The position numbers and the translations under genes are program-made. From NCBI GenBank assembly GCA_000708835.1, contig DF237090.1:112462-176461 (forward strand): a DNA stretch of 64,000 nt, given 5' to 3'. The DNA comes from Klebsormidium nitens. Taxonomy: Eukaryota; Plantae; Klebsormidiophyceae. The notes beneath the pieces were generated by a model, which was given only the letters and a program-made list of their open reading frames with translations, was not told the origin of the DNA and did no database searches. Shown piece by piece: positions 44,710 to 57,200 of this stretch; positions within the stretch are counted from its first letter, which is position 1; each line of letters starts with the position of its first letter.

Positions 44710-47700
44710 ATGGCGGAGTCGGGTACTAACTGGGCCCGAGCGTCCGGTTCCCTCGTCATCGTCTTGTTGCTTGTGGGCCTCGTTGGCTCCCAACTGCTGG
44801 CGTCCGAGGAGCAGCCGCAGCTCCTAGGTCGCAGAAGCCTACAAGAAAGTGTCCGCCGGTTCCTAGCAGTAAACGACATCTACGTGTTGAACAGCACCTA
44901 CGATGTGAACACCACCAGTGTGACTGTGGTTGGGACCGCGATTGGGCCCAACGCCAGTGTCACAGGTTACTGGAGCACAAGAGGCAGGCAGATCTTGGAC
45001 TTCTATGGAAAGGAGGTGAGGGCCTTGTTTTGTCCTTGAACTTCACATTTTTGATGGTGAGCCTTTGTTGGACATACCAGGTGCGACCTCGGAAAGCAGA
45101 GAAGTTCGACGTTTACGAGGTTGCAAGGGAAGTACAGTGACCCACAGAGCCACCCACAGAGCAAGTCTGAACTGGGGAATCTCTTGTGGAACTTTAAATT
45201 GGCCACTTGAGGCTACCAGACTTCTCATTTTACCTTTGAAGTGTATGTCTGATGTCCTTGTGTCTTGGCTGTTGCACTTATGGGTGTGGGTATGAAGGGT
45301 GTAGATCTTGGGTTCCTAGTCATCTCAGAGCAAGATTTCTACACCACCTTTTGTGGTGGCAACTTGTCTGCAAGTGGCAACTTGCTTTGCAAGGAAATCT
45401 GAAAACACTCTGGGCATACTGCAAGTGTGCGCTTGGTATGCCTTGCATTTCTGACAAGATATGCCGTCCTTCGCGACACTACTGTAAGGGTCTTGTGAAA
45501 AGTCTGGAGTCTGGAGAAAGTACGACACTGTCAGCCGCTTTTCTCTGACTTTTTTTGGAAGGTCCGCGTGGTTCCTTTTCTGAGATGAGGGGTTTTACCG
45601 CCGTCCCTATAAGTGACGTGGACCCACATTCCCCCTTCTTTGACGAGGAGGAGGAGAAAGTTCATGGCCATCGTAGTAGGCCTGGGCGCCTCATCAAGCT
45701 TCTGTGTTTTCTCGCCTTCTGCTGGCCGCTCCTGCTTTTGTCTCTCTGCTCGAACTGCGCGATCCATGAAAAGGCAGACTGGCTGGCCCATGTTGTTCTA
45801 GGAAGAAAGTTTACCCGGCTGCCTGCCAGAGGTGACGGCTGGTGGACTGCGCACGGCAGGGCGCTGGTCGACCAGTACGGAGACGAGGTGTGGCGCCGCT
45901 GCACCAGGGGCACAGCCCCAACTTAAATTAACAGCCTAATCTTAACCGCTTGCCAAACTTAAACACAGGCATTTCCTGCGGTGGTGGTTTGAGAGATGCT
46001 CATGTTGTCATCAGGGGCAGTGCTCCGCTGACATAGTCAAAAAAGTCCTCTGGTTCTTTGCACAAAAGCGGCAGGCTGGGTGGTCACTTTGTCAAATGCA
46101 AAGGTCTCTTTTGCTTTACGGTCCGCTGCAGGGCTTTCAGTGAGGAAGCTCGGAGAGTCCAATTTCACACGTTCACACTTTTTGGGGGACAGAGTTTTCA
46201 CGGTTGTGTGCCAGCATAGTTGAGTCACACCTCGGTCCCTTCCACAAAGTCTAGTAGAGCCCCTTGAACGAAATGGCTGCTCACTCCAAAAGCGGTTTCT
46301 CAAACAGAGTATTTTCGGAGATCTCCTTTTTAAGAACTATTTTGCACCGCTACACCAAAGCGCAGTCCCCTTTTTGGCGATGGGGCGGTGCCCAGTGGTG
46401 GCGGGCAGGGTCAACAGGATGGCGCTCGGAGCGCTTCGCAACGTATGATGGCCCTCGTAAGCAACGCCTAAGTGTCCTGCCTGCAGGTGTTTTTCTCCGG
46501 CGTGAGCTGGAACGGGCTGGAGAACATCGACGGCGCCCCCCACGGGCTGTGGGCGCGCTCGTGGCAGTCCATGCTCGACCAGATGATTGGCCTCGGCCTC
46601 AACGTACTGCGGCTGCCCTTCTCTGGGAGCATCCTGGCGGGGGGGTACATGCCCCAGAACATCAACTACTACGCCAACCCAGATCTCAGGGTGAGCGCCT
46701 TTGGGGGAAGGATGGAGATCGTCGACGAAGTTCGAATCTCCTTCTCATGGACCTAAGCAATGTTGAGGACGCGGCGTTTTCACACTGCTCGGTCTCGCCT
46801 GACGTTATCGTCTGGGCTGCTTGTCTCAAGCTGGCAGGAAACATGTGGTAGGGCTTGCACATTTTAGGAAAGCTGTTGCTGCAGAAAGGTGTATTTGGGG
46901 GCTGTCTTGGCATGGAGGTCATTAATATTGTTCCCTTGTAAAAGTCCACCGTGACAGGAAGGGCTCAGGAAACTGGCGGTCGCCGCGCATTTTCTTCGTG
47001 CATCAAAACCATAGCTAAACAAAGCTTTTTGTTGGAACTATTTTTCCGGTATCTTGAGTGGAAGCCATGGAGTCCCCAGAATCAAGAGTCTCGTTCCTAT
47101 AAGGACAGTGCGTTCTCAAGGTGAAAAAAGTAGGCCACATAATTGCGATGAGCTGCAAAAGGAATAAGAAAGTGCCTTTTCGCCCTGACTTTAGCCAACG
47201 TTTTTGAGCGAATCATCTGGTGGAAGACTCGTTAACTCTTGCTGTAGCAATGCTGTGTCGGATCTGCTTTAGGTTGGAAGGATTAACCTCCAATTGCGCG
47301 TTGCTGGTTGGCTAACCAGGGTCGACTTCATTCTCTATAAATCAGCCACATCCCTTCCCCTCTTCATCCGTGCTCCGAGCTGCCCACTGAACCTGTCGTC
47401 GATGTTGCAGAACCTGACTTCCCTCCAAATCATGGACGTGATCGTGCGGGGCGCGGGTGCCCGCGGCATGAAGGTGTTCCTGGACTACCACCGCCTGAAC
47501 GCAGGCTATGAGCACGAGTGGGGCCTCTGGTACGACGCCAACACGTCCGAGACGCAGTGGATCAACAACTGGCTCTTCCTGGTTGACCGCTACAACAACG
47601 ACTCCACTGTTGTGGGGGTGAGCCGGCAACACGGATTTGGTGCGCTAGGTTGTTCATGGCCCTCACGCCTGTTCATGGCCGCCTGCCGGCACACAGTTGC

Positions 47701-49578
47701 CCGGCGCATGATGGTTCCGTCGCATGTGGTGTGTTTGACGTCGATAACATCGGTGCTCGACAAAATCGGTGCCAAGCGTTTCGGCCGGCTTGCGGCCATG
47801 TTATGTAACGGAAGTATCTGGTGTTTCGATTGCACGCCTGTGTCGATATCAGCTTCCAAGGTCAGCCAGCTTGGAGCCCTAGTCAGCGGTCGATGTTTTA
47901 GGGGCCGGAGTCTGCTTCGACCTGATCTGATCCTACCGCCTTCTAGTTGTTGACATGTGCTGGCTTGCTGCAGGTGGACCTGTTCAACGAGCCCCATCAC
48001 GACGAGGCCAAGCCGCCCGGCCACCTGGGGCCCGAGTGGGCGCCGGACGGCGTCAACGCGACCATCAACTGGAGGACGTCCGCAATCAGGTGAGACACGG
48101 CAGGATGCGCCGAGATGTGCTTGCTTGTTCTGGGGGACACGGTCCAAAAGAGTCGAAGGAGACAGGGGACATATGGTCGATTGTCATGAGGTCAGAGCCG
48201 TGCTGTTCAGTTCGTACCAGTTGCATGGTACCTTGTGCCTCCAATGCAGGAACCATGGGTTCGAGAACAACATTTGCTCAATGTCGACAACGCTCGATGA
48301 AAGAACACGGAGCGTCGGAGGTCGTGGTGTTGACCAGCGAGCCAAAACATCCATTGCCGTGTGTCCGCAGGTGCGCCAACGCGATCCACAAGGTGAACCC
48401 CAACCTGCTGATCGCGGTGCAAGGCCTGGACTTATACCGCGGCCAGTACGGCCTGTGGGGCGGTGTCTTTTTGGGCCAGCTGGACGCGCCGCTCAACCTG
48501 ACCGTCCCCAACAAGCTCATCTTCCAGACGCACGACCTGGGGCCATCCACCTTCAACCAGGTGCGCCGCTGCGCTGCTGTCTCGGCATTCAAAGATGGCA
48601 AAGCGATGCCAGCTGGCAGTCCAGGATTGACCTCTTTTTGCGTCGGCTTGACAATGCGTCTGCCTGGAACAGTCGTTTTTGGCTGTCAACATTGTCCCAG
48701 GATTTGGAACCACGATGCACCACCTTCTCTGCGCTTGCGTGCCTTTTTCCAGGTGTGCCGTCTGCATTGGGCCGCAAACGCTCTCTTTGTTGTGACCGGC
48801 CATGTTCGACATTGCATGCGCCTCTTGCTGACCGTGCTCGTTTGGCTTGTGCCCGCAGTCGTACTACAACGCGCCCGACTTCCCGTCCAACCTGCCGGCG
48901 CAGTGGGATCGCATGTGGGGCTTCCTTTGGGACCGTAACATCACTCCCGTCTGGGTCGGCGAGTTCGGGGCCAAGTTCGACCCATACTGCACCAGCGACC
49001 GGTGCGCGGTCGTCTTCAGGCAAGAGGTGGGTTTCCGTGCGCTGCGCAATCGCGTTCGCCCCTCCCGTTCTCAGATTGTCCCAAAAGTGCCTGCATCAGG
49101 GAGTTCGTATGGTTCCTGCTCCTTGCTCTTGCGCCCCAGTGCCAAGCGCCCCAGTGCCACGCGCCAGGCTGTGCAGGCCGCGTTTGGCGCATGATGAAAG
49201 TGACGCGGAACCAAAGTGAGTACTACGAGAAGGCACCGGTATACTTCGTATAAGTCATTCCGTCCCGCGGGCTCTGGCTGATACACAAGCGTCGGTGCTT
49301 CTCCTGTCTGGGCTGTGCGTAATGAGGGTTCTCGGTGCGGCGCTGTGCAGCAACTGTGGCTGGGCGAGCTGGTGCGGTACATCCAGAACAAGAGCCTGCC
49401 CTGGACGTGGTGGTCGTGGGACCCGACGTCCGAGGACACGGGCGGCCTCCTCGCGGACGACATGCAGACGCTGCGCGCCGACAAGTACGCCTACATCCAG
49501 AACCTGACATACCCGGGGTTCAGCATCCGGAACGCCTCCACCAGCCTGCCCACCGGCATCCGCACAACCGGGGCGTAA
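44710..49578 (+). CDS. GH5 endo-beta-1,4-glucanase (GH5_1-like), secreted isoform using exon 1A (472 aa)
   Basis: Exons 44710-45015, 46487-46690, 47411-47617, 47974-48089, 48371-48560, 48859-49026, 49351-49578 give HGLWARSWQSMLDQM..NVLRLPFS, DYH, acid/base DLFNEPH, nucleophile VWVGEFG and WTWWSWDPTSEDTGGLL. An N-terminal hydrophobic signal is present. Confidence 0.92.
45585..45887 (+). CDS. Alternative first exon 1B of the GH5 gene (cytosolic tail, TM segment and first beta-strand)
   Basis: ATG at 45585 opens 101 codons ending GWWTAHGRALVDQYGDE|gt at phase 0. This is homologous to the exon 1A end GYWSTRGRQILDFYGKE|gt and in frame with exon 2. Confidence 0.68.
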
Positions 49579-50803
49579 CGGGGAAGATGCAGTGCCGGGT
49601 TACAGTAGACAAGATAGCGCGCCGACATATCGCCGTTGAGTAATTACGTGCTCGTTAGAGGACCGTCTAACCGGGCCGCAAAAGTGGACCCTTCGCTCTT
49701 ATAGGTTTCCAATTTTGTAGAGTTGACTAGGACTACTGTAGTGTCTCGTAATAAATTATTCTGCGACTTGCAACCTATCCTTGCACAGTCGAGCAAGGTG
49801 GCGAGCTTTGCCACTTGACTCCATCCAAATACCTTTAGCAAGTTAGGGTCGCCTGGGTTCATGCCCTAGTTCGTTTAGTCCAGACTAATGGATTTGAGAC
49901 AAAAGAAGACCAATAGACAATTTGCATGCAATAAGAATATGGAACCTTTAGCTAGCAGTTTTTGGTGATACACAAGCCTGGCCGGCCCAAAAACGCATTC
50001 TGACGGTCATCGAGATGCAAGTCCGGCTGCAATTCGACCACAGCAAACGCAAGGATTGCATTCGTGCATAAAGCACCAACTTTTAATCATTTTGATTGCC
50101 TTTCATGATAGTAGCGATAAACGTAGGCGCTGTGGCAACCGTCCACGCCATGCTACGCATGAGTGAGCTGCGGCGGCGGGAGGCGCATATGCGTCAAAGA
50201 GTCCTAGCCCCGGCCCGCGGGTCCTGCCCCCGTCGGCCTGCCCCGGTCCGAGCCTGCCTTGGATTTTCGACTTGAATTCTCGTCCGGTCGCTACCGGTAC
50301 ACGCGATAGTACTATGCGCGCGCCTATCTATATCGGACGGCACAAAATAGAACTTGAGGCACTCTGGACGGCTCGATCCGCTTTCAACCGCGCAAGTTTC
50401 AGGGGAGTCTGAAGAATCAAGATGGATGCAGTAGGACCTAGAGCTAGCAGCTATGGCCTAGACTTGGCAAATGGGACGGGAAGCTTTGGAAATTGGCACT
50501 GGCAGCCCTGGCATTTTCTCGGTAGCCTTGGGCAAGATTCAAAGTTAGCAGCGACCTACGATAGTGCGCTTTCTTGTTGGTTTGAGCGGTCCGACTGTCT
50601 GAATAGGCGCTGCTCAGAAACCACATCAGAAAGCTGTCAGGCGATCTTTGAGCAGGGTGTCTCCAGCTGCGTGCGGCTAGGATTTTACTTCAGAGATTAT
50701 TTCCTTCTATAAGGCTTGTAAAACCGCCTTTTCACACATCAAGAAATAGGAGTTGTTTTCTGCGGGCGCTCAAGTTTGGAGAAAACTCCTGCATGCTGCA
50801 ACG

Positions 50804-53089
50804 ATGCCGAAGACGCCTAGGACTCGATCACGGGCCTCTCACAGTTCTCTCAGCACGCCATATGCCAAGAGGTCAAAGTCAGATGTTGAGGATACGGCAG
50901 GAAGCGTGGGCGGAAAGGCTGACGCAATAGGCCTGGATGAGACAGAGCTGTGGGAAGTAACTCGCTGCTGCATCTGCCTGGAAAGCCCTCACAACGGGGT
51001 GCTCTTGCTCTGTGCCTCATCAGATCGTGGCTGTAGGCCCTATGTTTGTGACACGTCAGCGAGGCACTCCAACTGCCTGGATACTTACAAGAGGACAATG
51101 ACCGAGTGCGTCGAGGTGGAAGGGAAGGAGAGGGAGTTTCGTCTGCCATGCCCGCTCTGTAGGGGAACAGTGACTGGGCAGAAGATCAACAAGGGTAGGT
51201 TCTTCTTCGTAAGGTTCTTGATATGACAGATAGCCGCTGCCTGCTGACCTTGCTCCGCGTTGCAAAGATGACAAGAAGGGTTCACAAAGCCAGCTCGTAG
51301 GCCTCCTTCAGATCTATCATTTTAGGAACCCTAATTTTACGAAGAGCCGCTATAGATTTCTCGGATGCAGAGTTTGCTGCTTCTTGCAACTGCTGATTGG
51401 CACTCGCCAAGCATGCGCAGGTCCTATGTGTGTTGCGGTGGTTGAAGAGGCCTTATGAAAAGCACATGCTGAGTCTATTCAGCTCATGAGGAGCTCCTCA
51501 GAAGTTTTTGTGAACTCTCAAAGACAGATTGGCGATCCATTCACAACAGTCAGAGCACCCTACTATGCAACATCTCTGCTGCACCTTCTTCATTTGGTCC
51601 ATAAGACACGTCCGCTAATGAGCGTTGCCTCTTTCAGCCAAGTTTCGCAGCCTCTTGAGTCAATGAGTCAGTCCCTTGTTTTCACTGGTCTGTATCCTCT
51701 GGCTATCTCAACATTGGAAGAAGCAAAGAACCAAGCTGTACATGGCCAAATCATGTCTTCTTAATTGCGCTTACGTTGTGTGCGTTAGGCAGACAAGTAA
51801 CCAGAATCAACGTTTTGAAACCCTTTATTTGAGTGGCTTCCGATCTACTCTTCTCTTCCTCCCAGGTGCACGTCACTACTGGAACCAGAAAGAGAGACCA
51901 TGCGCAAAGGAGTCATGTAGTTTCAAGGCCAAGTACACCGCTCTTCGCAGGCATGCTCGGAAGGACCATCCCAATGATCGCCCCACAGAAGTAAAGCCGG
52001 AGCAAGCTCAAAGTTGGCAGCGGGCCGAGAGGGAGCGCGAGATGCAGGATGTGCTCAGTGCTGCTTTCAGCGGGCCAAATGGGGAGCCCCAAAACGCGGA
52101 GCCGGAGTCAAGAGGGTGGACGGTGTACTTTTTATTTCACATGCTGGACGGCGAGATTGGGGGGTTCAGTGTCGCGAGGCGGTTCGTGATGGGGCCAGGC
52201 CCAGCTAGGAGAGCATCACGGCAGCAATTGTTGTGAGTATTCTTATTGCAGGGCTGTCCTGATGATGAACTGGAAGACGAGTAGTGGTGTTTCGAACCCT
52301 GATCTCGTCATTTGCATAGTTTGGATACTGTTGCACTTTTCACAAAGCAAGCAGCTAAGTTCAATTTCATAGTTATCTCCTCTGTAGATTTCAATAGCTG
52401 TTTCGCAGATAATCTGCTTCTGGCACCGACGATTTGCTGTCTGTGGCATACATCGGTCCATCTCTTTGTTTGCTTGCTGCTAGGATGGGGATGTAGTATT
52501 CTGCTTCGGAACCGTGGTGCTTCACTTGGTTAGCTGAGATCACAAGAAAGTCGTTGCTAATGCAAACAGAACGACTCGCTCATCAGAACTTGTTGTCATG
52601 TGTAGGGAGATGACGGCAAGTCCCGACAGCGAATCAGAGGATTACTCAGAGGACGAGGCTGAGCAACAGCCCGTTGCTCCGCCAACCCACCACTACTACA
52701 CACGCAGCCGGCAAGAGGCCCCGCAGGAGACTCAGCCAACGGACAACTCTGGCGCAGGCACTGCTACAGTGCGTCAGCAGGGAGAGGCAACCGGATCTGC
52801 AGGGCACCAGCCGGCATACAGGACTCGGAGTGTCGGTCTTGGGGAGACCAGCCACCAAAACGGACTCGACGGCGCGGAGGAGACGGGTCTGCCTTTGTCA
52901 TGGAGAGGGGTTTCGGGTGCAGGGGGTGTTGGTGGCCGTCGGCTGCGACGCTTGGGGAGGTTCCGACTAGTTGAGGAGGTCAATGCAGAAGCCGAAGAAT
53001 CTGAAGCTGCAGGGACGAGATTGGGGTTAAGAAGCGACCAAGGAGGTGCAGGAAGTACAGGGGATGAAATGGAGGAGACGGCAGATTAA
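50804..53089 (+). CDS. DUF1644 plant RING-like zinc-finger protein (3 exons)
   Basis: Exons 50804-51194, 51866-52232, 52606-53089 give CCICLESPHNGVLLLCASSDRGCRPYVCDTSARHSNCL..CPLCRGTV..ARHYWNQKERPCAKESCSF..LRRHARKDHP..RP..W.R.ERERE.QDVLS. Confidence 0.9.
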
Positions 53090-54282
53090 TTCGATGTTTT
53101 AGAAGGTGCTGGCGGTGCTCCTGGTCAAACATATTGTAACGGACATATGTTTCAGGAATGTACAGAGTCTCCAAGGCATGGTGAATGATAGGTAGTCCAC
53201 TCCCCAGCTCTCAGAGCTTGTAGCATCAGTGTATCCTGTATAGGTGAATTGGTGATGGCGAGAACGTGCAGCATCCGTGCAGGTATGCTCTCAAGCTATT
53301 GTGCAAGGTCATTGTAAGGCAAGGGTAGTGAAGTTCCATACATTGACATTGGCTATTTGAATGTGTATCAAACCGAGAATATTTGAGACGAATGTGTTTG
53401 GCTCAGCAATCAGGACTAGGTCGTCAATATTGACGTTCAAGATTGTTTTGTTGGTGTCAGCTCAGCGTTTGTTATGATTTCAGACACGTGGAGACCCGCA
53501 TCTCTGTCATAATCATGAAGTCCGATCATGCCGGAGGAACTCTGGCGCCTTGCGTGGAATGCATTTCACGACGATCGAGGTTGCATGTTGACAATCAACC
53601 ATTCTTGCAAATCAACCACCGTGTACATGTGTATGTGTATTTCATGCAGGTTGAAAGTTGGTCGATCCATCGGTAGTTGCATCAGTGGCTGGTCGCGACT
53701 CATGTTGAGTTGCATGCTAGTGGGCCCGCTGAAACCATCAAAGTTGCGTACGAATTGCACGGTGAATTGTACATTGTATCGAGATACACTTGATATCATT
53801 GGATCAACGTGCACTGCAGCCATGGTGGCATGCTCCTTCGTGGTCCCAAAAACCTGACGCAATGAATTGGATTATGAATATCACTTAACCAGACACACCA
53901 CAACGAAAATCCTCTTTGATCGAGCATGGTCGGAAAGTGTAATAAACTGATAGTTAGCACTTTTTCGATTGAGTCTCAAGCAGCATGAAGAAGGGGAGTG
54001 GAAGGGAATCAGTGAGGTCATGGTGGGGCATGGTGTTTTCATTGTAATTCCTGCAAGAACCGTTTGAAGGATATGTTTACACTCCCGTCGTGGGTGGGTC
54101 AAAACGACTGAGGGAGAGCGCGGCTCCTTCCCAAGCTCAGAACTTAGTAATGGATCAAATATGATATCCTATCGTGCAACGTTGCAATGCACCATTCATT
54201 CACCACGTCACAATGCTCACTGTCGAACTCAACTGCCCTCGCTGCTGCAGAGGCAAGCAGTCCGCTCCAAAACCGACGTACG

Positions 54283-57200
54283 TTACACAGGAAGTCTTCG
54301 CAAAACTCTCATGGCCAGCTTCCAATCTTCACTTTCGCCTCTTGCTATCCGTACGAGAACCTCTTCGGCTCCGGCCTCCAGCATGACCAGGTGATTGTCC
54401 TCATCTAGCGTCAGCATGTCTAAAAGGGTCAGCGCCGCGCGCACGCTCTTGTCCCCCCCCTCCTTGGCCAGGTCCACCAGCGAGAAGATGCCCCCCCCGC
54501 TGGCGACCGCCGCCAGGTGCGCCTCCTGCTCGCCGCCCGCCTTGACCACGTACAGCAGCTCCTGCACTGCGGCCTCACGCTGCGCCAGCGGGGCGCCCGC
54601 TTCCAGCATCGCCAGCAGCCGTGGGATCTCCACGTGCTGCACGATCTCGCGCTCCGTGTCTCGCGACGGCCCCACCGTCGGCGCGTCGTCCCGCTGCTCC
54701 AGCGCCAGCAGCGCTTCTGAGACGGCCTCCTTTTCCTCGGGCGGCGCATCCAGCAGCAACAGCCCAGACAGCAAGCTGTGCACGTCGGCGGCCTGCAGCG
54801 CTCCCCTCGTCGAGTCGTGGCTCGCCAGGCTGGCCGCCAGGCGGGCCCCGGCCACCTGGGCGGCCCATAGTCGGTTACGCGCCACAACGTCGTCGCCGGA
54901 CAACTCCTCAAGTCCAAGCGACGGACCCTCGTTGATCCCGTCATCTGCATCGACCACTCGTCGACTCAAAAGCCGCTCCAAGGCTGGGACTACTTGGGCT
55001 TCGACGGCAGCCGCAGCCCCTTTCTCTTCCGCTGAGACCCTGCTGAGGATGCTGGCGGCGACCTCGCTCTCTTCGGGGGTGCCCTCGCCGAGTATCTCTA
55101 CCAGGCTGGGCAAGCCCCCCGCTGCCACCAGTTTTTCCCTCCGCCCCAAACGCGCCGCTTTTCCGGCTTCCCCTTGCCCTTCCGCGTTTGCTGTGCTCTC
55201 CGCTTCCTTCCCCGCCACTATCAAATCGATGAGGCCCTCTATGCTGCCCGGCCGCCCCGCTTCCTCTGCCGCGCTGCTCTCGTCCTCGTCCTGCATGAGC
55301 CAGAACAGGGCCTTGGCCGCAGCGCTCCGCTGCGCGCGTCCCCCCGTTTTGAGCAGCCACGCCAGGCCCTCCACCCCCGCGGATTTCTCCACCTTCCGCC
55401 GCACCTCCGTGCTGGCGCATAACACGCTCAGCGCCTCTGCGGCCGCGCGCGCCACCTCCGGATAGCCCCGCTCGCCGCCTGCGCTCTGCCCCGCCCCGTC
55501 CTGACCCTGCCCTCGGTCCCCGCTTTGCTCCGATCCCTCACTCTGCCCGCTTGGTTCCCCCGACGCCAGCAGCCGCACCAGCATGGGCACCGCGCCCGCC
55601 TTGCTCAGCTCGTTCCGGTTCTCGTCGCTGTCCGCCCAGTCGCGCATCGCCTCCGCGGCGGCCGACACTGCCTCGGGGTCCGCCAGCCCCAGCATCAGCA
55701 CCAGCCGCGCCACGCCCTCCCCGCGCGGCATCACCTTGTACTGCCGCGCTATGCCCGCCGGCGCACTCGCGCTCTTGGTCAGGCCTTGTGCAACGGTCGA
55801 GAAGTAGCGCGCCTTGATCAGCGGCACGGGGACCAGCCCCGCGGCGGTGAACTGGTCCTTGAGCACGGGCTGCTTGGCCAGCTCCGCCAATACCGCCTTG
55901 GCCTTGCCGCGCAGCACAGCCGGTACGCCGTCGCTCGCAAGCAGCTGCGCAAGGCATGCAATCGCACCCGCTGACGCGATGGGCCCCCGCGCGGCGTCGT
56001 TGGCTGCCAGGTTGGACAGCACGCCCAGGACTGTGCCAATCTCGTCGTCGGTGATGGGCCGCCGCCAGTCGGTGGACGTGAGCGCGAACGGGTTGGCCGG
56101 GTCGAACGCGAGCTCGTCTGGCGGGAAGCAGAGGCGGAGCAGCGCGGTACAGAGCTCGGCGCCCTGGCTTGCTATGATTTGGAGGCCCTCGCGGCGGCCG
56201 GCCGACAGGTTGTGCAGCAGGCCTAGTGCTTGGCGGCGGACCTCGGGAGCCTCGTGGCTCCACTGCTGCAGCACGCCGAGGGCAGCTTCCACTGCGCCCG
56301 CCTCAAACACCCTAGATGACAGAGGGGTAGCAGTCACGGGGAAGCATAAGGCACAGAGGAGGACCTAGGCGGAGCGGTTTAGTTTGTAAAGAGAATGGTA
56401 AATCCATTCGCACAACGTCCGTACGAGCGCTTCATGTGACAGAGCAGACCCCTTGGCCCCTACAAGCGAAGCAATACTCGCCACGTTGTCGTATTTTGAC
56501 CGCCTCAAGGATGCTATGGACCATCTCAAGCGAACAAACGTCTGACCATTTGTATAGTCTTCTGAGCGAGCTCTGTTCGGCTCACTGGCGTCAATCATGG
56601 GAGCCACACCGAATGTCGCGAAGGACGAAGGGAATATGCAAAATAAGTCGAGCTCTTCTTGTCCCCGCCTTCTACGACCTGTCCAAGAAGGGCTCGCATT
56701 CCGTACCTGAACCGATATTCGTCTACTGTCGACAGGGCCCGCAGCACCCCCGCTGCCGCCTCTGCCGCTGCTGGGCGGTCCCTCTCGCGCATGAGCTGGC
56801 CCAGCAGCGGCAGCGCCCCCGGCAGCTGGCCCACCTCCTCCAGGTTCTCGCGGCTCTGCACCACGTGGTGCCACAGCGCCACAGCCGCCTCCTCGCGCTC
56901 CGCCATAGGTCTGAGCCACAGTACAGAAGGGATTCGGGGTCCAATCGTTGGAGACAGATTTGAAGAACATGGGCAGCCCTTGTGCGTTGTGTGCAAGAGG
57001 CCGACAACTTTCAGTCCAGGTCGTTTCAAGTTGTAACGTTCGAAGCATGGAAGCCCACACACAGAGTCTTGGAGAGATTGATGCGGAACAAGGCAACTCG
57101 GACTCTATGTACGAGACTGGTTCGACCAACAGGTCAAGAAGCCACTTTTCGACTGAGCATGAAGTCACCTTCGAAGCTCAACGAACACAATCCTGCCATC

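Noticed and set aside
49196-49216. Micro-exon in the GH5 gene before the gtgagt at about 49216
   Set aside because: The phases do not fit. The donor at 49026 joins 49351 in frame without it.
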